DNA of 64,000 bases from Malacoraja senta (Eukaryota): assembly GCA_038087875.1 (NCBI GenBank), contig CM075983.1:36394001-36458000 (forward strand), written 5' to 3'. This document shows, piece by piece, positions 51,093 through 63,183 of the stretch (its first letter is position 1; each line of letters begins with the position of its first letter). The notes under the pieces are model-generated. The model made no database searches. It was not told where the DNA came from and saw only the letters and a program-made list of their open reading frames with translations. Position numbers and translations under genes: made by a program.

Positions 51093-52554
51093 GACCGTAG
51101 AACCAACCAATCCCCATCTACTAATACTCTCCTCCGCCTAGCGGAGCTGGTCCTTACCCTTAATAACTTTTCGTTTGACTCCTCCCATTTCCTCCAAATA
51201 CAAGGTGTAGCTATGGGCACGCGCATGGGCCCTAGCTATGCATGCCTCTTTGTAGGGTATTTGTTCGAGACGTACAGGGGCCCTATCCCCGAACTCTACC
51301 TCCGCTACATCGACAACTGCATTGATGCTACCTCCTGCACCCACACAACTCACTGACTTCATCCATTTCACCACTAACTTCCATCCGGCACTCAAATACA
51401 CCTGGACCATTTCTCACATTTCCTTACCATTTCTTGGCCTCACTATCTCCATTGCAGGTGATAGACTACTGACCGACATCCACTATAAATCCACGGACTC
51501 CTATGGATATCTGGACTACACTTCTTCCCACCCTGCTTCCTGTAACGACTCCATCCCCTACTCCCAATTCCTCCGTCTACGCCGCATCTGCACCCAGGAT
51601 GAGGTGTTCCACACCAGAGCATCAGAGATGTCCTCATTCTTCAGGGAACGGGGGTTCCCCTCGTACTATAGATGAGTCTCTCACCAGGGTCTCTTCTATA
51701 CCCCGTGACTCTGCTCTCACTCCCCATCCCCCCGCTCGTAAAAAGGGCAGAGTTCCCCTTGTCCTCACTTTCCACCCCACCAGCCATCACATACAACAAA
51801 TAATCCTCCGACATTTTCGCCACCTCCAACGTGATCCCACCACTTGCCACATCATCCCATCTCCTCCCCTGTCTGCTTTCCACAGAGACCGCGCCCTCCA
51901 TAACTCCCTGGTCAATTCGTCCCTTCCCACCCGAACCACCCCCTCTCTGGGCACTTTACCTTGCAACTGCAAGAAATGCTACACTTGTCGCTTTACCTCC
52001 CCCCTTGACTCCATTCAAGGACCCAAGCAGTCTTTGCAGGTGCGGCAGAGGTTCACCTGCACCTCCTCCAACCTAATCTATTGCATCCGCTGCTCTAGAT
52101 GACAGCTGCTCTACATCGGTGAGACCAAGCGTAGGCTTGGCGATCGCTTCGCCGAACACCTCCGCTTGGTTCGCAATAACCAACCTGATGTCCCGGTGCC
52201 TCAGCACTTCAATTCCCCCTCCTAATCCGAATCTGACCTTTCTGTCCTGGGCCTCCTCCATGGCCAGAGTGAGGACCACCGTAAGTTGGAGGAGCAGCAC
52301 CTCATATTTCGCTTGGGTAGTTTGCACCCCAGCGGCATGAACATAGACTTCTCTAATTTCAGGTAGTCCCTACTTTCTCCTCCCCTTCTCAACTCTCCCT
52401 CAGCCCACTGGCTCCTCCTCTTCCTTTCTTCTTCCCCCCCCCCCACCCCTCACATCAGTCTGAAGAAAGGTTTCGACCCAAAACGTTGCCTATTTCCTTC
52501 GCTCCATAGATGCTGCCTCACCCGCTGAGTTTCTCCAGCATTTTTGTCTACCTA
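51093..52554 (+). mobile_element. Young 5'-truncated Penelope-like (Neptune-type) retroelement: RT, Cys linker, GIY-YIG, pLTR; 10-bp TSD
   Basis: LVLTLNNFSFDSSHFLQIQGVAMGTRMGPSYA, LRYIDN, YLDYTSSHPASC, CNCKKCYTC, CTSSNLIYCIRCS...LYIGETKRRLGDRFAEH; few frameshifts; taatatttac at 51083-51092 and 52555-52564. Confidence 0.95.
52456..52490 (+). ncRNA. Minimal hammerhead ribozyme core in pLTR, G12 mutated
   Basis: cagt CTGAAGA A aGG tttcga CCC aAAA CG TT gcc. Confidence 0.6.
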
Positions 52555-52639
52555 TAATATTTACTAAGCAACATTGCCTTTCACGGATATAGATCTTCAA
52601 AACCGTCCACAACGCACCCTAGTTTGCATTTTAGTTTTG

Positions 52640-53175
52640 CCCAAGTCAGTCATATTATGATTACAAGAGCAAATCAGGCACTAGGTCATTGGCCACCTCT
52701 GAATTTCCCAAAACATTTCCAGCACCAACAGAGCACGAGTCAAATGTTGGATGAAATACAGTCCATTTGCTGGATGGGTATAACTCCGGTAGCATGCAAG
52801 ATTCTTGATACCATCCAGGGTAAAGTACATCCATAATTTTAAACATTCATTTCATCCACTACTACAATGTTCCTATAATGCATAAATTCTACAAATTGCA
52901 GTGCAGAAATCCACAAAGAGTTCTTCATCAACCACTCACAAACTCCATACCATCTAAAACATAATAATCTTTTCCTCCAAACTGCATTCCGTTAAGACTT
53001 AAACATGTATTGCTTATTCATCCTGACTCAAAGTCTTTACAATCCCTTCATTAAAGCACTGCGGGACCACCTCCAACATCTGTCCTGCAGTGGTTTAGAA
53101 GGCACCTCACTACTGCCTTCACTGGACCTATAAGAGTTGATCCAGGTAGCATCACCAATGTTACAAGAATGAATT
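52640..53175 (+). mobile_element. Ancient CR1/L2-clade LINE 3' remnant (related pieces at about 44775-45030 and 49400-50200, minus)
   Basis: gatgaaatacagtccatttgctggatggg...cttgataccatccaggg and ctgcagtggtttagaaggcacctcactactgccttc motifs. Confidence 0.5.
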
Positions 53176-54359
53176 TGAAGAATGGACCAATGGATGTGAC
53201 CATTGTTGATCTATTGTCCAAAGAGAACTCTTCCATACACTCTGCATCCACCCTAGCTGATGCACACTCAGTTTATTACTGGTAGAATGTTCCCTTACTA
53301 TTATTCCCAGATTCAAACAATTCCAAATTTGACTGTAATAATATGTATCTCATCAGGTTCAGAAATTCCTACAGCATACATCTAGTCTAAGCACATGTTC
53401 TGAATGGAACTCAAGAAGGAGTATTCATGTCTAGAATCTTATCCCCCAGATGGTAAATAAGCTAAATAAAGCAGCAGTATAACACGCTCGAGTTCTGAGA
53501 TTTGGTTCCAGATACTGCCACTAAATGACCTAAATATCCAGTACTGCCACTGATATTTAGTACATTTAGTGTTACTAACCATGGTTAATCCTCGAGACAT
53601 TAAGTTTTTTTCTGCCCTGTCTTCAATTTTCCTATTGTTCCTGGTTAGCCATGAGTGACATGCTGAGCAGAATAAACCCATTAGTCTACACCACACAAGG
53701 CATTTTTGCAGCACACAACTAATTCTTGTTGCAAGCCCTTATATTTCATAACCAAAAACAACCCTCAAATTGCAAATTTCTGGACTTGCTAATTAACTCC
53801 ATAACTATCCTCAAACCGGTATTTATTATGACCTCAAAGTTCAATTGCATGACAGTTTTCTTTAAAATAGAAAATTGAAAGTTGAAAATTGATCATTTTG
53901 GAGTGGAGTATGACAGTGCAACTTCACCAGGCACTTATTCTCATTCATCAGCCTTGTAACCCGCCGTTATTTGCTCATCAGGAATGCATGTGGTAATGTC
54001 ATTCACCATGCAAATCACCTTTTGGTCATGTATACTGCTATTCTGTGAGCACCCATGATTGGGCACTTTCTGAACAACATGGCCTAAATACATTAGCATG
54101 AATGGTGAATACCTACAAGGGAAGGAAAAGATTCACCTATATTTTGGGGATTCCTCCCTGCATTGAAATAACCGTGCAACATTTTTCACTACTCTGATTT
54201 GCAGACCCTGCAATTCCACTTCATCCCACAAAATCGACTCTCACTTCCACCCACAACCCACCTCCCCTTCCCCAATACTGCCATCTCCTCTGGTAAACAC
54301 CATTCTCCAATTCTTTCTTCGCTACATTACCCATTGTATTGGGGCTGCCTTCTGCATTC

Positions 54360-55440
54360 CTGCAGAACTTGTTAATTTGTTCCATTTCACTTATAACTTC
54401 CACCCTGCCCTTAAATTAACTTGGATTATCTCTGACACCTCTTTTCCCTTTCTCGATCTCTCTGTCTCTATCTCAGGGGACAGATTATCTACTGACATAC
54501 TACAAACTCACTGACTCCCTCAGCTACCTTGACTGCACCTCCTCCAATCCTGCCTCTTGCAAGAACGCAATCCCTTACCCTCAATTTCTTCTGCTCTGCC
54601 GCATCTGCTCCAAGATGAGACTTTTCACTCTAGAACATTTGAGATATCCTCCTTCTTCAGTAAGTGTGACCCCCCCCCGCCCCGCTGTTTGTGAGTTGCT
54701 CCGATGTTCCAGGGAAAACAATCCAAATGTATCCAGCCTCACCTTGTAGCTGAAACATTCTAATCCAGGTAGCATTTTGGTAAACCTCCTATGTACCCTC
54801 TCCAAAGCCTTCACATCCTTCCTGTAATAGGACAACCAGAACTGAATGCAATGCTCTAAATGCAGCCTAAACAAAGTTTTATAGACCTGCATCAAGACTT
54901 GATGCTTATACTCAATGCCCCTAGCAATGATGGCAAGCACACCATACACCTTCTTTATCACCTTATCTACTTGTGATGCCACCTTCCTTGAGCGATGAAC
55001 CTGGATTTCAAGATCCCTCTGCACATCAATGCAGTTAAGGGTCTTGCCTTTAACTGTATACTCTCCTCTTACATTCAACCTCCCAAATTGCAACACCTCA
55101 CACTTGCTCGGATTAAACACTACCTGCCATTTCTCCACGTCTCCTATCTGACACCCTTTTGGCTCCTTTTAACCTCTAGCTGAAGTCACTTACTCCATCT
55201 ATCTGCCAATCATACCCCCCTCACCTGTATCCACCTAACTTGTGCCAAGCACTGCCCCACCCCACCCCACCCCTCTTTTCCAGCTTTCTCCCCCACCCCC
55301 CATACTCCATCAGTCTGATGGAGAGTTCTGAGCCACAACATTGTCTGTCTATTCCCTTTACAGATCTGCATTGACTGCTGTTCTTCCAGCACTTTGATTT
55401 TTGTTAATATTTTACCATCTGTAGTTGCTTGCGTCTCCAC
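54360..55440 (+). mobile_element. Old Penelope-like fragment plus pLTR, split by a CR1 fragment
   Basis: NFHPALKLTWIISDTSFPFLDLSVSISGDRL; degenerate core cagtCTGATGg at 55311. Confidence 0.8.
54695..55137 (-). mobile_element. CR1 RT fragment
   Basis: KWQVVFNPSKCEVLQFG...LEHCIQFW...RRFTKMLPGL. Confidence 0.9.
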
Positions 55441-56077
55441 TGCCTCCATGATGTGCTGCCATTTCCAGCACTGATCATAATTATAAAAGTCAAGACTTCG
55501 CACCGCAGATCTCTTTGTAATTGTAAGTCTTTAGTTCCCTCTACACTCCCCAACAAGTCTTTTGTTATTTTCCAGCATTTTTTGTTTTCAAAATATCTGC
55601 TCACATTTGTCTGTCATGCTTTACTATTAAGTGTGATCGTTCTCTTCCATGCCTCCCACATTTCAGGCAAGTTACTTGCCTGCGAAACCTGCAACTCAGT
55701 GTGCTTTCTTTGTTCCATCATGTAGTTCCATCATGACACAGCTTTCTATCTCTTGGCACATTCAATTGAGAGGAATCACGTCCAATGTTTGGTATTCCAA
55801 TGTAGCCGCAGGGTTTAAATTTCATAATTTCATCAACAGGCGCTTCTGACATTGTGTCTCTGTATCTCCCTAATTCACTCTTTCAAATTCTGGAACCATT
55901 AACAGAGATAAATGATTAATGAAAGAGTTCATAGTGATAGCCAATATTCTTACTGTGGCTTTCTTCCAAATAGACCATCACTGGAGCTTTTTAATCGTAA
56001 CTTTACAACTCTAAGGAGCAGTTACACACATCATTCAATCTTTAAAAGGATGACAGCATTTCAGGAAAGAAGTGTGA

Positions 56078-56334
56078 GGACACAAGAAACTACAGATACT
56101 GGATACAAGCTACTGGATCGTGAGATAAAACAAAGTGCTGGAGGAAACCAACAGGTCAGGTAGCATCTGAGGAGGAAATGGACAGATGATGTTTTGCGTC
56201 GGGACTCTTCTTCAGACTCCAGGCATCTCCAGACTCCAGACTCCAGACATCTGAAGATGGATCCTGTCCCGAAACTTTGTCTATCCATTCCCTCCACAGA
56301 TGCTGCCTGACCTGCTGAATTCATCTAGCATTTT
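56078..56334. mobile_element. Penelope fold-back with two outward-facing degenerate hammerhead cores
   Basis: Minus core about 56186-56218 (ctgaaga agag tcccga cgc aaaa catc), plus core 56251-56280 (ctgaaga tggatcctgtccc gaaa ct tt); spacer of ctccaga repeats. Confidence 0.8.
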
Positions 56335-56469
56335 TTTTTATTTTTTTTTTTTTTATTTTTTTATTTTATTTTATTTTTTAGAAGTACGGTAGATTACAGT
56401 ACTGTACAACACGTATATATTAATACATTTTTTGTACCGCTTCACTTTAAAGTTTAAAAAAGTGAAGCG
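56335..56469 (-). mobile_element. Short poly(A)-tailed retroposed fragment (L1-like 3' end) with terminal inversion
   Basis: About 50-nt T-rich tract, ~60-nt body, 12-bp inverted repeat 56437-56448 / 56459-56470, gcatttt on both flanks. Confidence 0.65.
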
Positions 56470-56736
56470 GCATTTTGTTTTTTTAAGATATGTCACGTGC
56501 TTACATGATACATATATGTATTCGGTTCCATTCCCACAAAAAAACATAAATCTCTAAACATCTCTGAACATGAAACAAAAATAGAACAAGAGGTGGAAAT
56601 GCTCAGAAGGTCAAACAGCTTCAGTGAGGAAAGAAACGGAGTTAACGTTTCAAGTTGAGACTTTGCATTGGATTTGAAAAATAGAAAAAAAGCATTTTTC
56701 TGTTGCAAAGTTACAGAGAATGGGCAGAGTTAGATG

Positions 56737-57013
56737 GCAGGGCAGCCTGGTGGCACAGCGGTAGAGTTCCTACCTTACAGCGCCAGAGACCCAGGTTCGA
56801 TCTTGACTACGGGTGCTGTCAATATGGAGTTTGTACATTCTCCCTGTGACCCGGGTGAGTTTTCCCTGGGAGCTCCAGTTTCCTCCCACACTCCAAAGAT
56901 GTACAGGTTTGGAGGTTAATTGGCTTGGTAAGTTTGTAAATTGTCCCTAGTGTGTGTAGGATAGTGTCAATGTGCGGGAATCGCTGGTCAGCGCAGACTC
57001 GGTGGGCTGAAGG
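56737..57013 (+). mobile_element. HE1-like V-SINE
   Basis: A box tggcacagcggt, B box ggttcgatct, V domain, CR1-derived tail start. Confidence 0.9.
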
Positions 57014-59974
57014 CTACCCAAGTGGAATATGAGATGAGGTGTGGTTGTCTGAGCTTACATTGGGCATCATTAGAGCAATGTAGGAGGTTGAGACGCCAGA
57101 CGAGAGTGGGACAGAGATTTAAAGAGTTAGATACAAGAACCTCAGCATCATCCTTGTGAACTGATTGGGATTGTAAAGGGTTTGCACAACCTGCTTTTGG
57201 CTTCTCCAAGGGTAGAGACAATTGCATTGCGGTCAACAAATCAAGTACACTGAAATGGAAGATATGAATCTCTGCTAATCCCTTGGAGGATTGGTCCTCT
57301 CCTGATCAATTCCTGAGCTTGAAATGGTAATCTTCCTCATTTCTAAATCCCATCCGTCAAAAGCCGCACTCCACTGCCCTGCACCAAGGTCTGTGCTGGT
57401 GACTCATACTCAAGAAAGGAACTTGGATACAAAATTTCAAAACCTTAATGTGCCTGATACTGTGGATCTTGAGTTTATCTGACATTTCCTGCTGCAGACA
57501 AAGACCACATAATTTGCTGTGCCCATTGTAGTGCTTTCAGAAGGCATATGAGATGTGCACAGCAGGTAGTCATAAAAACAAATCCTGTAGGCACCTGTAA
57601 AATTCTTGCATATTTGGTCAAGAATTTAGTTCTTGAACAATTGGTGAAACTTAGAGACATTGCATAAACAAAAGAAATAAAAACAAAAGAGTTGCCATCT
57701 GCAATAATGTTGGAAATTACATGGTGCTGCACATTGACAAAGCATAGGTAAACAGTATATTGCCAAGTCATGAATGGCCAATGTCAAAACGAATACTTGG
57801 ACATTTTCTGACAATGTCCTTTTTGTTATAAACAATACTGGAATGTACCTTGAAAATATTTTAATTTTAAATGAAACTGAATACTATTAACGCCATGGTC
57901 ATCTATCAGGAACTATAAAAGCTTCCATTCACTTAATGTGCATTCTAGTTTGCAAATCGAGGACATCGTGCGTGAATGTTTCCAAGACCAACATATTAGC
58001 TCTTCATCTCCACTTGCGTTTCTTGAATATGACGGCTGACTACAAACTGATTGTATGGAGATTCAATTCCCAGCTTGAAAACAGGATTCCCGTGCACTTT
58101 TCACATCCCATCAATTGAGCAGACATAGTACTAAGTGCAGGAGACAGTGCACACCATTATTATGTGAACAATTTGAGTCTCTACAGCAATTATCATTCCT
58201 ACATTACTTTTAGGATTGCAGTGCAAGGCAATAGTTGCAAAGGGGGAAATCTCTTGTTCTACACCAGAAAGCAGTATGGAGGTTTTCTTCTCAAGAAAGA
58301 CTGAACCGGGTTTCAACTCTTTGGTCTGAAAAAGAGGAATTTAGGGATAGGTTACAAGAGGTATTGATATCATGGAAGCTATTAATAAGGAAGAGGAAAA
58401 ACATTTGTTTTCACTTGGAGGAAATCAGACTTAATGACCGTATAAGTAGGAAACCTGCCAATAAATCTAACAGGGAATATCTAGCTTAGTGAGAATGTGA
58501 AGCACACTATTGCAGAGAGTAATTTAAACAAATAACACAGTCATTTAAAGAGAAACCAGAAAAGCACCCGAAGGAGAATGGAAAGAAAGAGATGTTGATG
58601 GTATTAGACAAAGATGGTCAGGATGGTTTCATACACTGCATAAATACTGCCATGGGTCTGTTATACTGAATGGCCTGTTTCTGTACCAGAACTATGTTGA
58701 AACGTGAAATGTTCTTTTATAATACTCTTGGGAGGGAGTTTCACATTGAAATTATTGAAAAAAAACATCACAAGCAGGAAGTACCACAGATTGTTTTGAT
58801 GAAACAACAACCTTCACTTTGCACAATTGCTTCTTGAAAGGTCGGCATGACTAACACAACTCTAAAAATGCCTACACAATCTCCAGTCATTTCACAATAT
58901 AGGAAAGGCCTTTTTTTTTCTAATTTGAGCTGAAATGAATTGGTGAATGTGGCTTGTATTATTAAATCAATTTTGGACTTTTGTTTGATTACTGATGCAG
59001 TTAAGAAGAAATTTCATGAGATGACCTGATCTTTCTCATTAGTGTGATGTTTGATTCTTTACTTCCTTCACGTTAATTAAGTCAGAACTTTTCCTTGATT
59101 ATACAGACATACTTGAGAGATGTGAAGCAGAATAGGCAGACTAATCTGTTCTTGTTTTTTTTGGCTATCTCACAAAGATAAGGAAAATAATCGTATTCAA
59201 AGAATGACATTTGTCCGAAAAAGCACATAGTGCCATAGAAACCTGTGGTATCCCTTTAATCATAATATTAAAATGATTTCTGTATTTTACCTTCAGTGAT
59301 CTGCTGATATGATCAAACCAGATGAATAGGTCTCTGATGAAGCATTTCTCACAACTCACTTGAAGATGCATTTTAGTACTGTGTATATTTTCTGCAGTTA
59401 AAGTTTTATATGAAAAAGTGCTTACATTGTTTTTGATCTTATTTGCCTTTTGATAAACCCTCAAACTTTGAACATTCCTCCTCCTGCCTCGGCCTTCTTC
59501 CTGCATCAATATGACTTTGCACAGCTTGTTACTGAGCTTTCCTCATAGTGTTGATCTCTGCCTGCGGCTAGAGGGATAAATTACTGAGTAGGTGGTACCC
59601 TTCTTTCCCACCTTTTTCTTCTCCAAGGAAATGAATTCAGGTTCAAATGGGAAGGGCTGCTGCACAGAAGCACAACTTACATTTGAAGAGCACATTTTAC
59701 AATTTGTATTTTTCCCTGTTGGAATAACCCTAAAACTTTACACAATATTCTATGCAATTAAAAGTGATTTTAAGACAGATGATGAAAAGTTTGGTTAAAG
59801 AAGAGTTTTAATTAACAAACAAAATTCTAATTATTTACCCTATCTATGCCTCTCACATATGTTGGACTATGAATAATGGTGGCGCCCACATGTGTAATAT
59901 ATGCAAAAAGTATTTCACAATGCAGTTGCATATGTGAGAAATAAAGCACGATTAACTATTGACTATATATTTCG

Positions 59975-60350
59975 ATCAGGTCTTCCCTCAGCTTCGTGTG
60001 CTTCAGTGTAAACATTCCAAGTTTGTCCATCCACTACTTGTAGCTAATACCCTTGAATCCATACATCATTTTGGTAAACCTCTTCTGCACCCTCTCCAAA
60101 GCGTCCACATCCTTCCTGTAATGGGGCTACCAGAACTGCATGTAATATTTCAAAAGTAGCCTGACCAAATTTTAATAAAGCTGCAACATGACTTTCCTGA
60201 CTCTTATACTCAATGCCCTGACTGATGAAGGTAACCATACCTTTGCCTTCATTACCACTCTATCTAATTATGTTGCTACGTTCAGGGAAGTGCAAACTTG
60301 GACCCCAAGACCCCTCAGTACATCAATAACATTAAATGTCTTGCCATTTA
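59975..60350 (-). mobile_element. CR1 RT fragment
   Basis: FISQGIEYKSQE; ttggtaaacctcttctgcaccctctccaaagc. Confidence 0.85.
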
Positions 60351-60664
60351 TTCAGTTATTGTACATAAATATTGGTTTGCACTACTCCGATTTTACATTG
60401 GAATCTTGCACCGTTCTGCTGCTTTGCATTCATCATTGTATTTATTGTTGTACCTGTCATTATGTATGTATACTGTTTACTCTGTGAGCTTCATGTAAAC
60501 AAGGCATTTTGTTGCCTGTAAAGAGATGAACACAGAATTCAACCACTGCTGGGATTCATGTGCAGCATGAGATGTAAGAAGGATAACACATGCTTGAGAT
60601 CCCACTCGAAGAGGTGGAGAGAGGTTCTGCATGCTCAGGGGGCTCATATGCTAGTGAAATCCAA

Positions 60665-60953
60665 GATTGCCTAACAGCGCTTGGAGTGCCAGAGTTCGAT
60701 CCCGACCGCAGGTGCTGTCTATATGGAGTTTGTACGTTCTCCCCGTGACCTGCGTGGGTTTTCTCCGAGATCTTCGGTTTCCTCCCACACTCCAAAGACG
60801 TACAGGTTTGTAGGTTAATTGGCTTCGGTATAAGTAAATTTGTCCCTAGTGTGTGTGGGGTAATGTTAATGTGTGGGGATCGCTGGTCAGCGCAGACTCG
60901 GTGGGCCGAAGAGGCTGTTTCTGCGCTGTATCTCTAAACTAAACTAAACTAAA
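60665..60953 (+). mobile_element. HE1-like V-SINE, young
   Basis: gttcgatccc B box, CpG-rich V domain, tail ctgtatctct(AAACT)n. Confidence 0.9.
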
Positions 60954-61974
60954 TTGTGATAGTAGGAGAGAGTAGTCAGGGAATGAGAAGCCTCAATACA
61001 TTGGACACAGATCCAGAATTATTAATATCAACGGAAATAAGCACAAGTTGCTTCCAACAAGAATTCTATACAACACTCACACACTTACCAATATTAAAAC
61101 AATGTCACTCACACATGCACATGCGCATGCACACACATGAAGTATGCATCTATCTATTCAACCACATTTGACATGTTCACACACATTGTATCACAACTAT
61201 GAAATGGGGATCCCAACCACAGATTAGAGGAAGGCATGCTGTGAATCACAAGGTCAGGAGGAGAGGAGAATGCTGATAAGATGGACATTGCAGGAAACTA
61301 TGGTGGATTGGAGGTCATTGAGCATGACTGTAATCATATGTCTAATCTTCCTTTGACCATTCTAACAACACTGCTAAAAGTATTTGTGTGGCTTGAACTG
61401 TTCTAACAACTGCTCCTTTCCCACATCTTTTGGCCATTTTTATTTCAAATACTCAAGAAATATAATCAGGACCCAGCACTAAAGATCACATCCTAAACAA
61501 TACCATGTGACAGCATTTGAGTCACACTCATCAGCTCAGATCTTGGCCCTTTGCACACAATGCAGGCTAGCTTAGAATAAGTTTTTGGATCTGGTGAGTC
61601 ACCAGGTATGAATGCATCATTGTCAAACCAGAGAGAAAAGACCATTTGTGTGCATCACAAAAGGCCTTGACTCTCTGAGCACTCCTCTCATCAGCACCGT
61701 CTTTGTGTGCTCATAGTATAAGCTCATGTGTCTGCTCCACAGTTGAGGAGTGTACATTGAGATCTTTGAATGTTATGTGTATCTGATGCACAAATTTGAT
61801 TGTCAGATCTGCAGAGTGCCACATCATCATCTCCAACCACCATCTTCTCCCTCTCCCACCTTCTCTTCATCCTCCTCTTCTTTTCCCTTTGCCCTGCTCC
61901 TTCTGTGCTTGGTTTAGAATATTATCAGTGGGATGCTAAAGGAATCAGCGTGGAGGACTCATTTATGGTAATGA

Positions 61975-62885
61975 CAGAAGGTAATGTATCCATATTTGCT
62001 GATGATATGATGCTAGAGGGGAAAGAGATCAGGGAGGAGGACACATGGGATTCGTAAAAGCCCTTAAACAACTTAAGCGAATGGACAAAAGAGTGACAGA
62101 TAGAGAACAGTGTGAAATGTGAGATTGTAAATATAAAATAATGTGTTTTACATGGAAACCAGTGTTAATTTGTGCACAGAGGGGAGTGAGTTCACTGGAT
62201 ATGAGATGCAGAAAAACAACAGGCAGTTATAGCAAACTCTTAAGAAGATAAGTATTATGTTGGTTTATCTTGCGATGCGCAAGGAATAAGGATGCAGTAA
62301 GGATGCTTTGCTGAGATTGCATGGGGACCTGAAAGGGCCTGTTTGGAGTTGTGTTGCAAATTTGGTCTCATACCAGAGGAAGGCTTCACTCAACCTGGTT
62401 TCAGTGCAATGCAACATCACCAGGCTGTTTATTGGGATGAGGAGTTTGTCTATCTGGAGAAAATAAGACTTTCCATATTCACTTGCGTTCAGAAGCATTC
62501 CAAATGATCTGTCGGGGACCTACATGCCAAAAGTCGACAAAGAGGTGCCTGTGAGAAGCTGCTTCATGACATTGGAAAGTTCAAAACCAGGAGATATCAT
62601 CTCCAGAGAAAGAATCAACAGTGGCCATGATTGAGGTGAAGGGCATTTTGTTTCTACAAAAGGTTATAAAACCTTTGACATTCTCAACCCAAAGTCTGTG
62701 GAAGCTTATTGAATAAATGAATTCAAGGCAGAAACTGATACAATTTTGGATATAGCGGGTTTAAGAGTTAAGGTGATCTGGTGGGATTGTAAACTTGAGG
62801 CAACGGATCAGCTGGAGTGGCATTGAATGTTGCAATAGATCTCTGAGGCCATATGACCTCTTCCTGCTCTTATTTCCTGCTCTTC
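61975..62885 (+). mobile_element. Ancient CR1 3' fragment
   Basis: VSIFADDMMLEG and a degenerate 3'UTR ending ggccatatgacctcttcctgctct. Confidence 0.65.
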
Positions 62886-63183
62886 TTTTGACAAAAAGCC
62901 CAAGATTGATATGCAGAGCACAAAACATAACATTGAATTGTAGAGTGGTTATGTTAAAAGGAGACCATTTAGTCCATTATGTCTTCAGCTCTTGAAATAG
63001 AGTTTATTCCCACTTCCCTGTAATTATCTGTAACCAGTGTGATTCGTAATTGTTTAGGTTTGCATCTATGAAGTCGAAAACTCCATAAATTTTCAAGTAG
63101 CCTGCAACCTGGGCAGATCCACATGCCTGTGCTAGGTGCTGTCCACATCTCAAGCAGAGGCTGAGCTCCCTCTCTCCCTAGAT

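Noticed and set aside
56737-56810. tRNA gene
   Set aside because: The A and B boxes belong to a SINE head followed by V domain and LINE tail; no cloverleaf evident.
61691-61710. REST/RE1 site
   Set aside because: Only the TCAGCACC half is present, with no GGACAG half at a suitable spacing.
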